A stretch of 64,000 nt of DNA, taken from the NCBI GenBank assembly GCA_044867785.1, contig JBIOVM010000116.1, forward strand, positions 67,145-131,144. The letters are read 5' to 3'. A model generated the notes under the pieces. The model ran no database searches. It was not told where the DNA came from and saw only the letters and a list, made by a program, of their open reading frames with translations. Made by a program: the position numbers and the translations under genes. How positions within the stretch are numbered: position 1 is the stretch's first letter; every line of letters starts with the position of its first letter. Below are positions 1 to 9,615 of the stretch, piece after piece. The stretch comes from Candidatus Rokuibacteriota bacterium. GTDB lineage: Bacteria; Methylomirabilota; Methylomirabilia; Rokubacteriales; DASRDR01.

Positions 1-1530
1 TCGCGGATCCTCGCGAGCGCGGCGTCGGCCTCGTCGCGACGCCCGAGCACGGTCGCGAGCTGGGCGACCCCGTACCACGCGTCGAACGACCCAGCGGCGT
101 CACGCGCGAGCCGCCGGTAGAGGTCGAGCGCCTCCGCGCGGCGGCCCTCGCGCTCCAGCCAGTGCGCGAGGCCGTGCTCGGCATCGGGGTTCATCTGCCG
201 CGGCATCGGCCCCTGCCCCAGGTTGGCGACGAGGTAGACCGCCACGCCCACGACGACCGCCACGACGCGGCCTCGCGGGCGCGCCTCGACGACAGCCCAG
301 CGGACGCCCGCTGCGGCGAACAGGGCCAGCAGCGGCACGAGCGGCGCGCGGTAGCGCGCGGTGACGAAGAACGCAACCACGCCCAGCGCGAGGGCCCCGA
401 CCGCGGCCGCCAGCATCGGCGCCCGCCGCGCCGCCGCGCCGAGCCCCACCACGGCCAGCGGGAGGAGGAGGCCGAACGGAAAGGCGAGCCCGGGCGCCTT
501 CCAGAGAAGGACCTGGAGAACCGGCGACCAGGCGCGGGCGGGGTAGATCTCCTGGTTCCGGGGGATCTCGTCGCCGCCGGCCAGCAGCCGGAGCTTCCGC
601 GCCTGCAGGGCGACGAACGCCCCGGGGTCCCGGGCGGCATAGGCGCCCACGCGGGCCGCGAAGAAGCGGGAGGCGGGCGCGGCGCCCGACACGCCGTGGA
701 GCCGCGGCGCGAGGAGGAGCGCCTGCCAGTCGCGCCCGGGCCGCATCCCCACCGTGGCGTCGTAGCGTGGATTGTTGCCGAGGTAGAGATTGACGCCGGC
801 ATTCGACGAGACGAGCACCAGCTCTCCGCCCCGCGTCCAGTTGCGGAGGGTCACCGGCGCCACCGCGACGGCCGCGCCGACAAGCAGCCAGCCCGCCCGA
901 CGGCGGGCGGCGAGCGCCAGGACGGGCAACACGAGCAGGAAGGCGGCGTTCGTGACGGCGCTGAGCCCTCCCAGAAGCCCCGCCGCGAGCCAGCCCCGGC
1001 CGCCTTGCTCGCCGGGTGCCCGGACCGCGGCGTACAGGGTGGCCATCTGAAGGCAGATCGCCAGGGAGGGCGCGAGCAGCTCCCCGTCGTAGTAGATCAG
1101 GAGCCCGTACACGGCCACGATCAGACCGGCGGCGAAGCCGACGCCGCGGCCGAACACGCGGGCTCCGACGGCGCAGGTGAGCGCTGCGGTGAGCGCTCCC
1201 AGGATCGCCTGGACCAGACGGGGCGCCAGGAAACCCGGGCCCCAGAGCCAGAGGACCGCGGCGAGGAAGTACGGGTAGCCGGGCGGCTGCCAGTAAACCG
1301 GCTCCGCCCATCCATCGCCCGCCGCCAGAGCGCTGGCGGCCCGGAAGTACGTCTCGGCGTCGAGAACGGGGTGGCTGAAGTACGGACTGTTGCGGAGCGC
1401 GAGCACGTGGGCGACCCGGAGCCCGAGGGCGACGGCGAAGACGAGAGCGGGGGCCCTCCAGTCCGCCCGGCGGGGCAGCAGCCCCGGAGCGGTGGTCGAA
1501 GCGTCCGGGCGGGAGATGGTCGCTACGGGC
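1..1530 (-). CDS. GT-C family glycosyltransferase (ArnT/PMT, GT39-like) with a C-terminal TPR segment. Partial: the C-terminus runs off the window start. Start codon unresolved.
   Basis: Translating the minus strand in the frame missing from the ORF track gives a polytopic membrane protein (…WRAPALVFAVALGLRVAHVLAL… YFRAASALAAGDGW… LIYYDGELLAP… NLYLGNNPRYDA…) ending in TPR-like helices (HGLAHWLEREGRRAEALDLYRRLARDAAGSFDAWYGVAQLA). It is absent from the track because the ORF is truncated by the window edge. There is no in-frame ATG near the N-terminus, so a GTG or TTG start is likely, and the 5' end may overlap the Ku 3' end. Confidence 0.6.
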
Positions 1531-1563
1531 GGTGGCGGGATGTCCGACGCGCCCGGGATGGAC

Positions 1564-2439
1564 TCACCGTGTCCGCCCGCCCTGGGCCTTGCGCTCGGGG
1601 CGCTCAGCCTTCGCCGCAGCGGCGGCAGGCCGCTCGACCTTCGCGGGCGGCTTCTTGGCGGGCGCCGGGCGGCGCCCAAGGCTCTCCTTGAGCGCCTCCA
1701 TCAGGTCGATCACTTGGGCCCGCTGGGCTTCGGGGGCGGCGGTTCTGATCTCCTGCCCCGCGACCTTCTTCTCGACCGTCGCCAGCACCCGCTGGCGATG
1801 GTCGTCCTCGTACTGCTCGGGCGTGAACTCGTCGTGCGAGAGCTCGTCGACCAGGCGGACGGCCAGCTCGAGCTCGCCCTCCCGGATCCTCGCGGTCTGC
1901 CCCTTCTCGATCTCGCCGAAGTCCCGGACCTCGTCGGCGAAATACATCGTGTGGAGCATCAGCCCGTTCTGCGCGGCGCGGATCAGCACGAGACTCTCCT
2001 TGCCACGCATGACGAACTTCGCGAGCGCCACCCGGTCCGTTCGGGCCATCGCGTCGGCGAGGAGGCGGTACGCCTTCTCCCCGCCCTTGTCCGGTCCGAG
2101 GTAGTAGGTCTTCTCGAAGTAGATCGGATCGACCTTCGGGAGCGGCACGAACTCCGCGATGTCGATGACCCTCGAGGCCTCGCCCTCGAGACCCTTCAGC
2201 TCCTCGTCCGTGAAGCGGACGTACTCGTCCTTCTGGACCTCGTACCCCCGGACCAGGGCGGTCCGATCGACCACCTCCTGGCAGACGGGGCAGTAGGTCT
2301 GCTGGCGAATGCGGCTCCCACACTTGGCGTGAAGCAGGTTGAAGCTCACGGCGGCGGAGGAGGCGGCCGTGTAGAGCCGGATCGGGATCGAGACCAGCCC
2401 GAATGAAATCGTCCCCGACCCGATCGAGTGTGGCGGCAT
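1564..2439 (-). CDS. ku: Ku protein, bacterial NHEJ DNA-end-binding protein
   Basis: MPPHSIGSGTISFGLVSIPIRLYTAASS…YEVQKDEYVRFTDEEL… is a typical bacterial Ku core, with a Lys/Ala/Pro-rich basic C-terminal tail. Start taken at the internal ATG (MPPHS), not the longer ORF start at 2529. Confidence 0.85.
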   Translation of the reverse strand: MPPHSIGSGTISFGLVSIPIRLYTAASSAAVSFNLLHAKCGSRIRQQTYCPVCQEVVDRTALVRGYEVQKDEYVRFTDEELKGLEGEASRVIDIAEFVPLPKVDPIYFEKTYYLGPDKGGEKAYRLLADAMARTDRVALAKFVMRGKESLVLIRAAQNGLMLHTMYFADEVRDFGEIEKGQTARIREGELELAVRLVDELSHDEFTPEQYEDDHRQRVLATVEKKVAGQEIRTAAPEAQRAQVIDLMEALKESLGRRPAPAKKPPAKVERPAAAAAKAERPERKAQGGRTR

Positions 2440-2721
2440 GACGTGCCTCCCGGCCCGGAACTCTTGACGTGATGAAGCTTTTTGCACCGTACCACGGGGC
2501 CGGTCGGGCCACAAAGCGACCCCAGCCACCCTACCACTTGGGGGCGAGGGCGGGAGCAGGACCAGTCCCTAGTGCTCGACGAGCGGCCGCCCGGCTCGAC
2601 GGCCTCCGAGGGAAGAGGGACACCGATCGGACGCCCGGGCCGTTCCGCCGACGGCGAGCCAATGGCGGCGGCCTCTACGTCGTCCAGCCGCGCGCCGCCG
2701 ACGGCGCCGCACGTCTTGCCG

Positions 2722-3438
2722 TCAGCCGGACGCGTCCGGTACGGCCGCCTTCAGCAGACCGACCAGCTCCCGCGCCAGAACGGGCCCCGTGCCGGACTCC
2801 TCGTGCTTGAAGTAGACGAAGGCCTCGCGCCACTCGGCCCGCCGCGCGGTCGCCGCCCAGCTCGAGAGCTCGTCGCGCGTGTACTCGCGGTCCCGCAGCC
2901 GGAGATAGCCGAAGTCCGCCGTCGCCACGAGCGGCGTCGTGCCCGCCTCGGTGTCGGCGACGCACAGGGCGGCGTTCCGGGCTCGGAGGATCCCGTAGAC
3001 CTCGTCGTCGAACCAGGAATCGTGCCGGAACTCGAGAGCCAGGCGAACGCTCGGCGGTATGAGCGCCAGGCAGGCCTCGAGCCGCCCGGGGTCCTTCCGG
3101 AAGTTCGGGGGGAGTTGGAACAGGAGCGGCCCCAGCTTGTCGCCGAGCGACCGGACCGACTCCAAGAGGTAACCGACCGGCTCGGCGACGTCCCGGAGGC
3201 GCGACAGGTGCGTGATGCGCCGGGACGCCTTCAGCGAGAACACGAATCCCGCCGGCGTCTCTTGGATCCAGCCCGCGATCGTCTTCGGCGTCGGCATGCG
3301 GTAGAACGTGTTGTTCAGCTCCACGGTGTCGAACCGCCCGGCGTAGTAGGCGAGCATCCGCGCCGTCGGGAAACGCTCGGCGTAGAAGGTCCCCCGCCAC
3401 TCCGGATAGCTGTAGCCGGACGTGCCGACGCGGATCAT
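2722..3438 (-). CDS. DUF72 (YecE-like) family protein
   Basis: MIRVGTSGYSYPEWRGTFY…FDTVELNNTFYRMP… matches the conserved DUF72 N-terminus and length (238 aa). Confidence 0.85.
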   Translation of the reverse strand: MIRVGTSGYSYPEWRGTFYAERFPTARMLAYYAGRFDTVELNNTFYRMPTPKTIAGWIQETPAGFVFSLKASRRITHLSRLRDVAEPVGYLLESVRSLGDKLGPLLFQLPPNFRKDPGRLEACLALIPPSVRLALEFRHDSWFDDEVYGILRARNAALCVADTEAGTTPLVATADFGYLRLRDREYTRDELSSWAATARRAEWREAFVYFKHEESGTGPVLARELVGLLKAAVPDASG

Positions 3439-3459
3439 CGCCCCGGGCCTCGCCCGGTC

Positions 3460-4132
3460 TCAGACGGCGCCGGCCTTCAGCGCCTCGGCGCGGAAGCGGC
3501 GTACCTCGGCGGCGGGGTCCGCGGCCGAGAAGATCGCTGAGCCGGCCACGAGCGTCGTCGCCCCGCGGAGGGCCAGCGGCCGGCAATGCTCGAGCTTCAC
3601 GCCGCCATCGACGGACACGTCGAGCGGACGCTCCGCCGCGCGGTTCCTGAGGTCGACGAGCTTCGCGTACGTCGCCGGAATGAACGCCTGGCCACCGAAC
3701 CCCGGGTTGACCGACATGACCAAGACCACGTCCGCGGCGTCGAGCACGTAGTCGAGCGCGGTCGTCGGGGTGCCGGGGTTCAGGGCCACGCCCGCCCGCG
3801 CGCCCAGCTCCCGGATCCGGCCGAGCGTCCGGTGGACGTGCGGACAGGCCTCCACGTGGACGGTCAGCAGGTTTCCGCCCGCTCGGACGTAGGTGTCGAG
3901 GTAAGGATCGGGGTCCTGGATCATGAGGTGGAGGTCGAGCGGCAGGCGCGTGCGCTTGCGAATGGCCTCGATGACGGGCGGGCCGATCGTGAGATTCGGC
4001 ACGAAGCGGCCGTCCATCACGTCCACGTGGATCTGATCCGCGCCGCCCGCCTCGACCCGCGCGATCTCGTCCGCGAGCGCCGCGAAGTCGGCGGAAAGAA
4101 TCGACGGGGCGATCTTGATCATGCGCGCCTCC
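3460..4132 (-). CDS. rpe: ribulose-phosphate 3-epimerase
   Basis: MIKIAPSILSADFAALADEI…HVDVMDGRFVPNLTIGPP…VMSVNPGFGGQAF… Start at the internal ATG (MIKIAPS). The long ORF continuing upstream is a spurious extension that overlaps rsmB. Confidence 0.9.
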
Positions 4133-5543
4133 TGAGCCGGTGGGCGGTGAAGCCGTCGGAGCCGTGGCGGTCGGGGGTCATCCGGAGGACGTCGCTTGCC
4201 GCGCGGCACGCCTCGGGGACCGCCGGCGGCAGGGGATCCGGGACGAAGTCGGGCCGGCGGCGCCGCAGGGCCGCCACCACCGCCTCGTTCTCCTCGGGCT
4301 CGAGCGAGCACGTCGCGTAGACGAGCACGGCGCCCGGTCGCGTCAGGTCCGCGGCGGCGCTGACGATCTCGAGCTGCTCGGCGGCCAGCACCCCGAGATC
4401 CTCGGGCCGGCGGCGCCACTTCGCGTCCGGGTTGCGACGCAGCACGCCGAGGTTCGAGCACGGCGCGTCCACCAGCACCCGGTCGCAGACCGGCCCGAGC
4501 GACGCGGCCAGGGCACGGGCGTCGCCCAGCCGCGGCTCGACGATGGCGGCGCCGAGCCGCGCGCAGGCCGCACGCAGGCGCGCGAGCCGGCCCGCGTGCG
4601 GGTCGCCGGCCAGGATCCGGCCCTGGTTCGCCATGAGCGCGGCGAGGTGGGTGGTCTTTGTGCCCGGCGCGGCGCAGACATCGGCGACCGTCTCGCCCGG
4701 CCCGGCCCCGAGAGCGTGACCCACCATGATCGCCGCTTCGTCCTGCACGGTGGCCATCCCGTCGCGGAGCGGCGCGAGTCCCCGCAGGTCCCCCGCCCGC
4801 TCCAGCTGGAGCCCTTCCGGCGCGAAGCGAGTGGCGCGGGCGGCGACGCCCGCGCGGTCGAAGAGGTCGGCCACCGCGGCCGCCGGCGCGCGCAGCGTGT
4901 TGGCGCGCACGACGACGGGCGGCGTGGCGCTCATCGCCAGGGCGAGCGCCCCGGCCGCATCGGGGCCGAGACGAGTCCACCAGCGCTCGACGAGCCACGT
5001 CGGCTGGGACGCGCGCAGGGCGAGCGTCTCCACCGGATCCGGGGCCTCGGGCTCGGGCCACGGACGGGGCTTCGCCGCGAGGGCGCGCAAGACGCCGTTC
5101 AGGTAGGCCGCCGCGCCGGGAGGGCGCCGCCGCTTGGCGAGCTCCACCGCCTCGTGGACCGCCGCCCACGGCGGGATCCGGTCCAGGAACCCCAACTGAT
5201 AGGCCGAGAGCCGGAGCAGCGCCCGGAGCCAGGGCAGGAGGTCCTCGAGCGGCCGCCGCGACACGCGGGCGAGCGCCCAGTCGACGCGTCGCTGCCAGCG
5301 GAGCGTTCCGAGGACGAGCTCGGTCGCCAGGGCGCGATCCCGGGGCTCGAGTCCCGCGCCGTCCGGCAGCGTCTCGAGCAGCCGGTCCGCGAAGGCGTCC
5401 CCGGTCTCGACGCGAAGCAGGATCTCGAGCGCAAGCGCGCGCGGCGTACCGCGTCGGTCCCGGGCCGACCTCCCGCCGGCGCGCGGACGCGCCGGCGCGG
5501 GCGTGGCGCGGGACACGTTAGTGGCGCGGAGCCGGCGCGCCAA
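4119..5543 (-). CDS. rsmB: 16S rRNA (cytosine967-C5)-methyltransferase RsmB (Sun family)
   Basis: NusB-like N-terminus (ALALEILLRVETGDAFADRLL), then a SAM-MTase core (VADVCAAPGTKTTHLAALM… LVDAPCSNLGVLRRNPD… VYATCSLEPEENE). Its 3' end overlaps the rpe start. Confidence 0.85.
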   Translation of the reverse strand: MARRLRATNVSRATPAPARPRAGGRSARDRRGTPRALALEILLRVETGDAFADRLLETLPDGAGLEPRDRALATELVLGTLRWQRRVDWALARVSRRPLEDLLPWLRALLRLSAYQLGFLDRIPPWAAVHEAVELAKRRRPPGAAAYLNGVLRALAAKPRPWPEPEAPDPVETLALRASQPTWLVERWWTRLGPDAAGALALAMSATPPVVVRANTLRAPAAAVADLFDRAGVAARATRFAPEGLQLERAGDLRGLAPLRDGMATVQDEAAIMVGHALGAGPGETVADVCAAPGTKTTHLAALMANQGRILAGDPHAGRLARLRAACARLGAAIVEPRLGDARALAASLGPVCDRVLVDAPCSNLGVLRRNPDAKWRRRPEDLGVLAAEQLEIVSAAADLTRPGAVLVYATCSLEPEENEAVVAALRRRRPDFVPDPLPPAVPEACRAASDVLRMTPDRHGSDGFTAHRLRRRA

Positions 5544-6447
5544 GCGGCGCTCCGGGGCCGAGCCGCGCCCCTCGCAGGTAGTCCTCCCAGGCCATCGCCC
5601 GGCGATTGGCGGGCTGGACTTCCAGCGGCACCAAGAGGTTCGCCCCGGTGCCCACCGCGAGCGGCCCCTCGACCCGCGTCAGCACCCCCGGCGCGCCGCG
5701 GCCCGGAACCACCCGAGCGCGCCAGATCTGCAGACGACCTCCGGGCGTCACGGTCGCCGCGCCCGGCCAGGGATTCGTGCCGCGGATTCGTGCGGCGAGA
5801 GCGACTGCCGGCTTCGTCCAGTCGAGGAGTCCGTCTTCCTTGCGAAGCCGGGGCGCCGTGGTGGCCGCTCGATCGTCTTGCGGCGCGGGAATCAGGGTGT
5901 CCAGTCGGTCCAGCGTCTCGAGCAGCGTCGCGGCGCCGAGGACGGCGAGCCGCTCGGCCAGCTCGCCCGCCGTTTCGGCCGGGCCGGTCGACGTCGCCCG
6001 CTGCAGCAGCACCGGCCCCGTGTCCATGCCGGCGTCCATCTGAAACGTCGTGATGCCGGTCTCGCGCTCGCCGCGGATGATGGCCCACGCGACGGGCGCC
6101 GCGCCGCGATACCGCGGCAGCAGCGATGCATGCACGTTGATCGATCCTCGCCGGGGCACGGCGAGCACCGCGGGGGGCAGGAGCTGGCCGAACGCCACGA
6201 CGACCGCGACGTCGGCCGCGTGGTCCGCCAGGCGCTCGGGCCAGCCGGCCTCGCGCAATCGGTCCGGCTGAAGCACGGGAATGCCGTGCTCGAGGGCGAG
6301 GGTCTTGACCGGGGGCGGCTGGGCGCGCTGGCCGCGCCCGGCGGGTCGGTCCGGCTGCGTCACGGCCGCGACGACGCGATGGTGAGCGAGCAGCGCGCGG
6401 AGCGTCGGAAGCGCGAAGGCCGGAGTGCCATAGAACAGCACGCGCAT
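5518..6447 (-). CDS. fmt: methionyl-tRNA formyltransferase
   Basis: MRVLFYGTPAFALPTLRALL…SINVHASLLPRYRGAAPVAWAII…GITTFQMDAGMDTGPVLLQ… is the canonical Fmt sequence. It lies in the def-fmt-rsmB arrangement. Confidence 0.92.
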   Translation of the reverse strand: MRVLFYGTPAFALPTLRALLAHHRVVAAVTQPDRPAGRGQRAQPPPVKTLALEHGIPVLQPDRLREAGWPERLADHAADVAVVVAFGQLLPPAVLAVPRRGSINVHASLLPRYRGAAPVAWAIIRGERETGITTFQMDAGMDTGPVLLQRATSTGPAETAGELAERLAVLGAATLLETLDRLDTLIPAPQDDRAATTAPRLRKEDGLLDWTKPAVALAARIRGTNPWPGAATVTPGGRLQIWRARVVPGRGAPGVLTRVEGPLAVGTGANLLVPLEVQPANRRAMAWEDYLRGARLGPGAPLGAPAPRH

Positions 6448-6515
6448 GGAGTCAGACGGGGGCCGCTAGACCGCTCCTTCCGCCCGATGGCCGGCGCGGC
6501 GTCCGGCCGGGCCGC

Positions 6516-7037
6516 TCACAGCCGAACTCCGGTCGCGAGCGGCTCCGCCGGGAAGCCTTCGCGACGGATTTGGCGCTTGACGCGGTCTCGCACGACCTTG
6601 TCGAGCCGGTCGATGAACAGGATGCCGTCCAGGTGGTCGATCTCGTGCTGGAGAACCCGCGACAGCATGCCCGATGCCCGGCGGCGGAACGACACGCCCG
6701 CGCGATCCATCGCCTCCACCACGATCCACTCGGCCCGACGGACGTCGGCGAAGATCCCCGGCAAGGAGAGACAGCCCTCCTCGCCCACCTGCTCGCCGCC
6801 CCGCTCGACGATCACGGGGTTGAGGTATGCGCGTCCCGTGCCGCGACCCTCGTCCACCACCAGCATCCGGAGCTCGATCCCGACCTGCGTCGCCGCCAGG
6901 CCAATGCCCACCTCGGTGTGCATCGTCTCGACCATGTCGTCGAGCCAACCAGCAATCTCGGCGGTCATCTCGCGGACGGGCGCCGCCCGCCGCCGCAACA
7001 CCGGGTCTCCGTAGAGCCGCACGTCCAGCACCGCCAT
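6516..7037 (-). CDS. def: peptide deformylase
   Basis: MAVLDVRLYGDPVLRRRAAPV… GIGLAATQVG… EGCLSLPG… QHEIDHLDGILFIDRL carries all three PDF motifs. Start at the internal ATG (MAVLDV). The upstream ORF extension is spurious. Confidence 0.92.
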   Translation of the reverse strand: MAVLDVRLYGDPVLRRRAAPVREMTAEIAGWLDDMVETMHTEVGIGLAATQVGIELRMLVVDEGRGTGRAYLNPVIVERGGEQVGEEGCLSLPGIFADVRRAEWIVVEAMDRAGVSFRRRASGMLSRVLQHEIDHLDGILFIDRLDKVVRDRVKRQIRREGFPAEPLATGVRL

Positions 7038-7075
7038 GCGCTGTCCTCCTCCCCAGGGGAGCATTGTACCGCCCC

Positions 7076-8898
7076 TCACGGCAGCTCGACGGGGTCCATG
7101 TCGACCCCGAGCCGGGTCCCTCCGAGGCGTCGCCGGCCGCGCAGGGGCTCCAGGATTTCCGCGACGATCCCGGGCAGCTCCGGCCCGCCCAGGAGCACGA
7201 CTTGCACCCGAGCCCCCGCCAGCGCCGCCGGCCCCAGGACCGTGCCGGCCGCCGCCCGGCCCCGCGCGGCCAAGTCCTCGGCGAGCCGCCGGGCGTCGCG
7301 TCCTTCGACCACGAGCCGGGCCATCCGGCGTGCCGGCGGATACCCCAGCTCTTGCCGCTCGGCCCACTCGGGCTCGTAGAATCGCGCCGGCTCGCCGTGC
7401 GCGACGGCGGAGAGTGCGGGGTGGTCCGGCAGGTAGGACTGGAGCCACATGCTGCCCCCGGCCTCGACGGTCTCGGCGAGGCGCCAGGCGAGCTGGAACG
7501 TCCGCTCGGCGGCGCGGAAGTCGGGCAGGTGCAGCGTCGAGTCGGCCAGGACCAGCGCCGCCACGGTCACCCGCGCGGACGCCGCGAGGCGCAGCGCCAT
7601 GCTCGTGCCGACCAGGACGTGCGCCCCTCCGGATCGAAACGCGGTCCGCACCGCCTCGGCCTCGCGCGGCGCCACGGTCGAGTCGTAGCGGAGCACGCGC
7701 GCCTCGGGAAACGCGCGCCGCGCTTCCGCCTCCAGCCGTTCCGTGCCCCACCCGACCGGCTGAAGACGGCGGCCACGGCAGCGGCCGCAGAGGCTCGCCG
7801 CGGGCGCCTCCGACCCGCACAACCGACACGCCAGCGAGCGGGTGTCACGGCGGTAGAGGAGCGCCACCCGGCAGCGCCGGCAGCGCCGCACGGCTCCGCA
7901 TTCCGCGCACGCCAGGATCCGCGCGAACCCGAGCCGGTTGAGGACCAAGAGGACCGAGCCACCGCGGGCGAGCGCGGCGCGCGCGGCGTCACGCAGCCCA
8001 GGAGACAGGGTCGCGTCGCCGGCATGCTCCCCGACCAGCGTCACCCGCTCCACGGCCGGCCACGGCTCTCGGGGGCCGGGCTCCGCGAGAAGCGTGCCTT
8101 GCCGAGCGCCGACCCAGCTCTCCAGGCTCGGCGTCGCGCTCGCGAGGAGGCTCGCCCCTCCTTCGAGACGCGAGCGGGCCAGAATCACGTCCCGCGCATG
8201 CCAGCGCGGGGCGTCGGGCGCTTTGTGCCCGGGATCCTCCTCGTCCAGCAGGACCGCCAGGGCGAGCGGGGCCAGCGGGATCCACGCGGCCGCCCGCGTT
8301 CCGACGGCCACCCGGGCCTCACCCGTCCGACAGGCCCACCATGCGGTCCAGCGCGCCCCGGGCGAGGCCGCGCCCGTGACGAGTCGCACGGGCTCGCCGA
8401 GCCGCGCCTCCAGGCGCGCGGCCCAGCTCTGCGCCTGCTCGATCTCCGGGGCGAGGACGAGCGCGGCCCCGCCGGCGGCCAGTGCGCCTTCCACGCCGCG
8501 CGCGACGCGGACGTCTCGGTCCCGGCCGGTCATGAGCGTGGCCGGCCCCGGCGCCAGACCCGGAGCCGGCGACGGCAGCGCCGCGGGGGCGCGCGAGCGC
8601 GCGCCGGGCGGCAGCGCGCGAAACACGACCTCGCCCCAGGCGCTCACCGTCTCGCTCGCTGTCCGGCGCGCCAGCTCCACGAGCGCGGGGGTGAGGGCCG
8701 GTACGGGGTCGAGGACCGTCGCGACCTCCTCCAGTCCGTCCGCCGCGCCCACCTCGACCCGGACCACGACCGCCGCCCGCGGCCGGCCGCGGAACGGAAC
8801 GCGCACGCGCTGGCCGGGAGCCACACGGCCAGCCAGCTCGGGCGGGAGGCGATACGTGAAGGTGCGCGGGACCGGGAGGTCGGTGACGACGTGCGCGA
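7076..8898 (-). CDS. priA: primosomal protein N' (PriA) homolog with degenerate helicase ATPase motifs. Start codon unresolved.
   Basis: PriA-like N-terminal DNA-binding region (LLAHVVTDLPVPRTFTYRLPPELAGRVAPGQRVRVPF), a Cys-rich zinc-binding insert (CAECGAVRRCRRCRVALLYRRDTRSLACRLCGS…CGRC), and SATPSLES. At the Walker A position (GxGKT) the sequence reads TGRDRDVRVARG, and the DEEH box reads DEEDPGHK. No in-frame ATG lies near the conserved N-terminus, so the start may be CTG or GTG near 8898. The ORF extension up to 9244 overlaps the udg gene. Confidence 0.7.
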
Positions 8899-8913
8899 GC
8901 AGAGGGTCCGGTC

Positions 8914-9615
8914 TTAGGCGTCCGCCGACGCCCGGCCCCGGACCCGGTCGTACTCGCGACGGATCAGCTTGAGGTCGTCGTACGCCTGGCGCCGGTAGCT
9001 CGGCCCGGGATTCCGCAGAAGAAACGCGGGATGGAACGTCGGGATCACGATCGCGGCGCCGAGGCGGTGCATCTGACCGCGCAGCCGGCTGATGGGCTCG
9101 CGCGTGCGGAGGAGGTGCTGGGCCGCGAAGGTGCCCAGCGCGCAGATCACGCCCGGCTGGATCGCCCCCAGCTGACCGGCCAGGAACGGCGCGCACGCCG
9201 CGATCTCCTCCGGCTCGGGGTTCCGGTTCCCCGGAGGCCGGCACTTCACGATGTTGCAGATGTAGACCTCCTCACGGGTGAGCCCCACCGACTCGAGCAT
9301 CTTGGTGAGCAGCTGGCCGGCGCGGCCTACGAAGGGCTTGCCCTGGCGGTCCTCCTCCTCGCCGGGGCCCTCGCCGATGACCATGAGCCGCGCGTCCGGG
9401 CTTCCGGACCCGAACACGATCGTGTTCCGGCCCTGGGATAGCTTGCAGCGCGTGCACCCGTCGCTCGCCGCTTCCAGCCGGCCGAGGGCCGCCCCCGGCC
9501 CTCCCAGCGGCTCGCCCTGGAGCGGCAGCGCGCGGATGCCCAGGGCCTGGTGGAAACGGAGGTGCTCGGCGAGGGCGCGGGCGGCGTCGGCCAGCTCGGC
9601 GGGCTCGCCGGTCAC
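8914..9615 (-). CDS. uracil-DNA glycosylase, family 4 (UdgA-type)
   Basis: …GEGPGEEEDRQGKPFVGRAGQLL…ICNIVKCRPPGNRNPEPEEI…HPAFLLRNP… carries the family-4 UDG signature motifs. GTG start (VTGEPAEL), with a 4-nt overlap with the coaBC 3' end. Confidence 0.85.
   Translation of the reverse strand: MTGEPAELADAARALAEHLRFHQALGIRALPLQGEPLGGPGAALGRLEAASDGCTRCKLSQGRNTIVFGSGSPDARLMVIGEGPGEEEDRQGKPFVGRAGQLLTKMLESVGLTREEVYICNIVKCRPPGNRNPEPEEIAACAPFLAGQLGAIQPGVICALGTFAAQHLLRTREPISRLRGQMHRLGAAIVIPTFHPAFLLRNPGPSYRRQAYDDLKLIRREYDRVRGRASADA

Noticed and set aside
100-1691. Long ORFs 100..1311(-), 162..1691(+), 191..802(-), and similar all-frame ORFs throughout the window (e.g. 4140..6053+, 5099..6088-, 7036..7941+, 8914..10449- N-terminal part, 16193..18004+, 16467..17714-, 19288..20562+, 20935..22593+, 22949..24376+, 24175..26307+, 32550..33542-, 33343..35478+, 35262..36779+, 36283..37995+, 39366..41912+, 53864..55072-, 53872..55215+)
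   Set aside because: Their translations are Arg/Pro/Gly/Ala-dominated low-complexity strings with no family resemblance. They lie antisense or out of frame to clearly homologous genes. Long stop-free frames are expected at ~70% GC.
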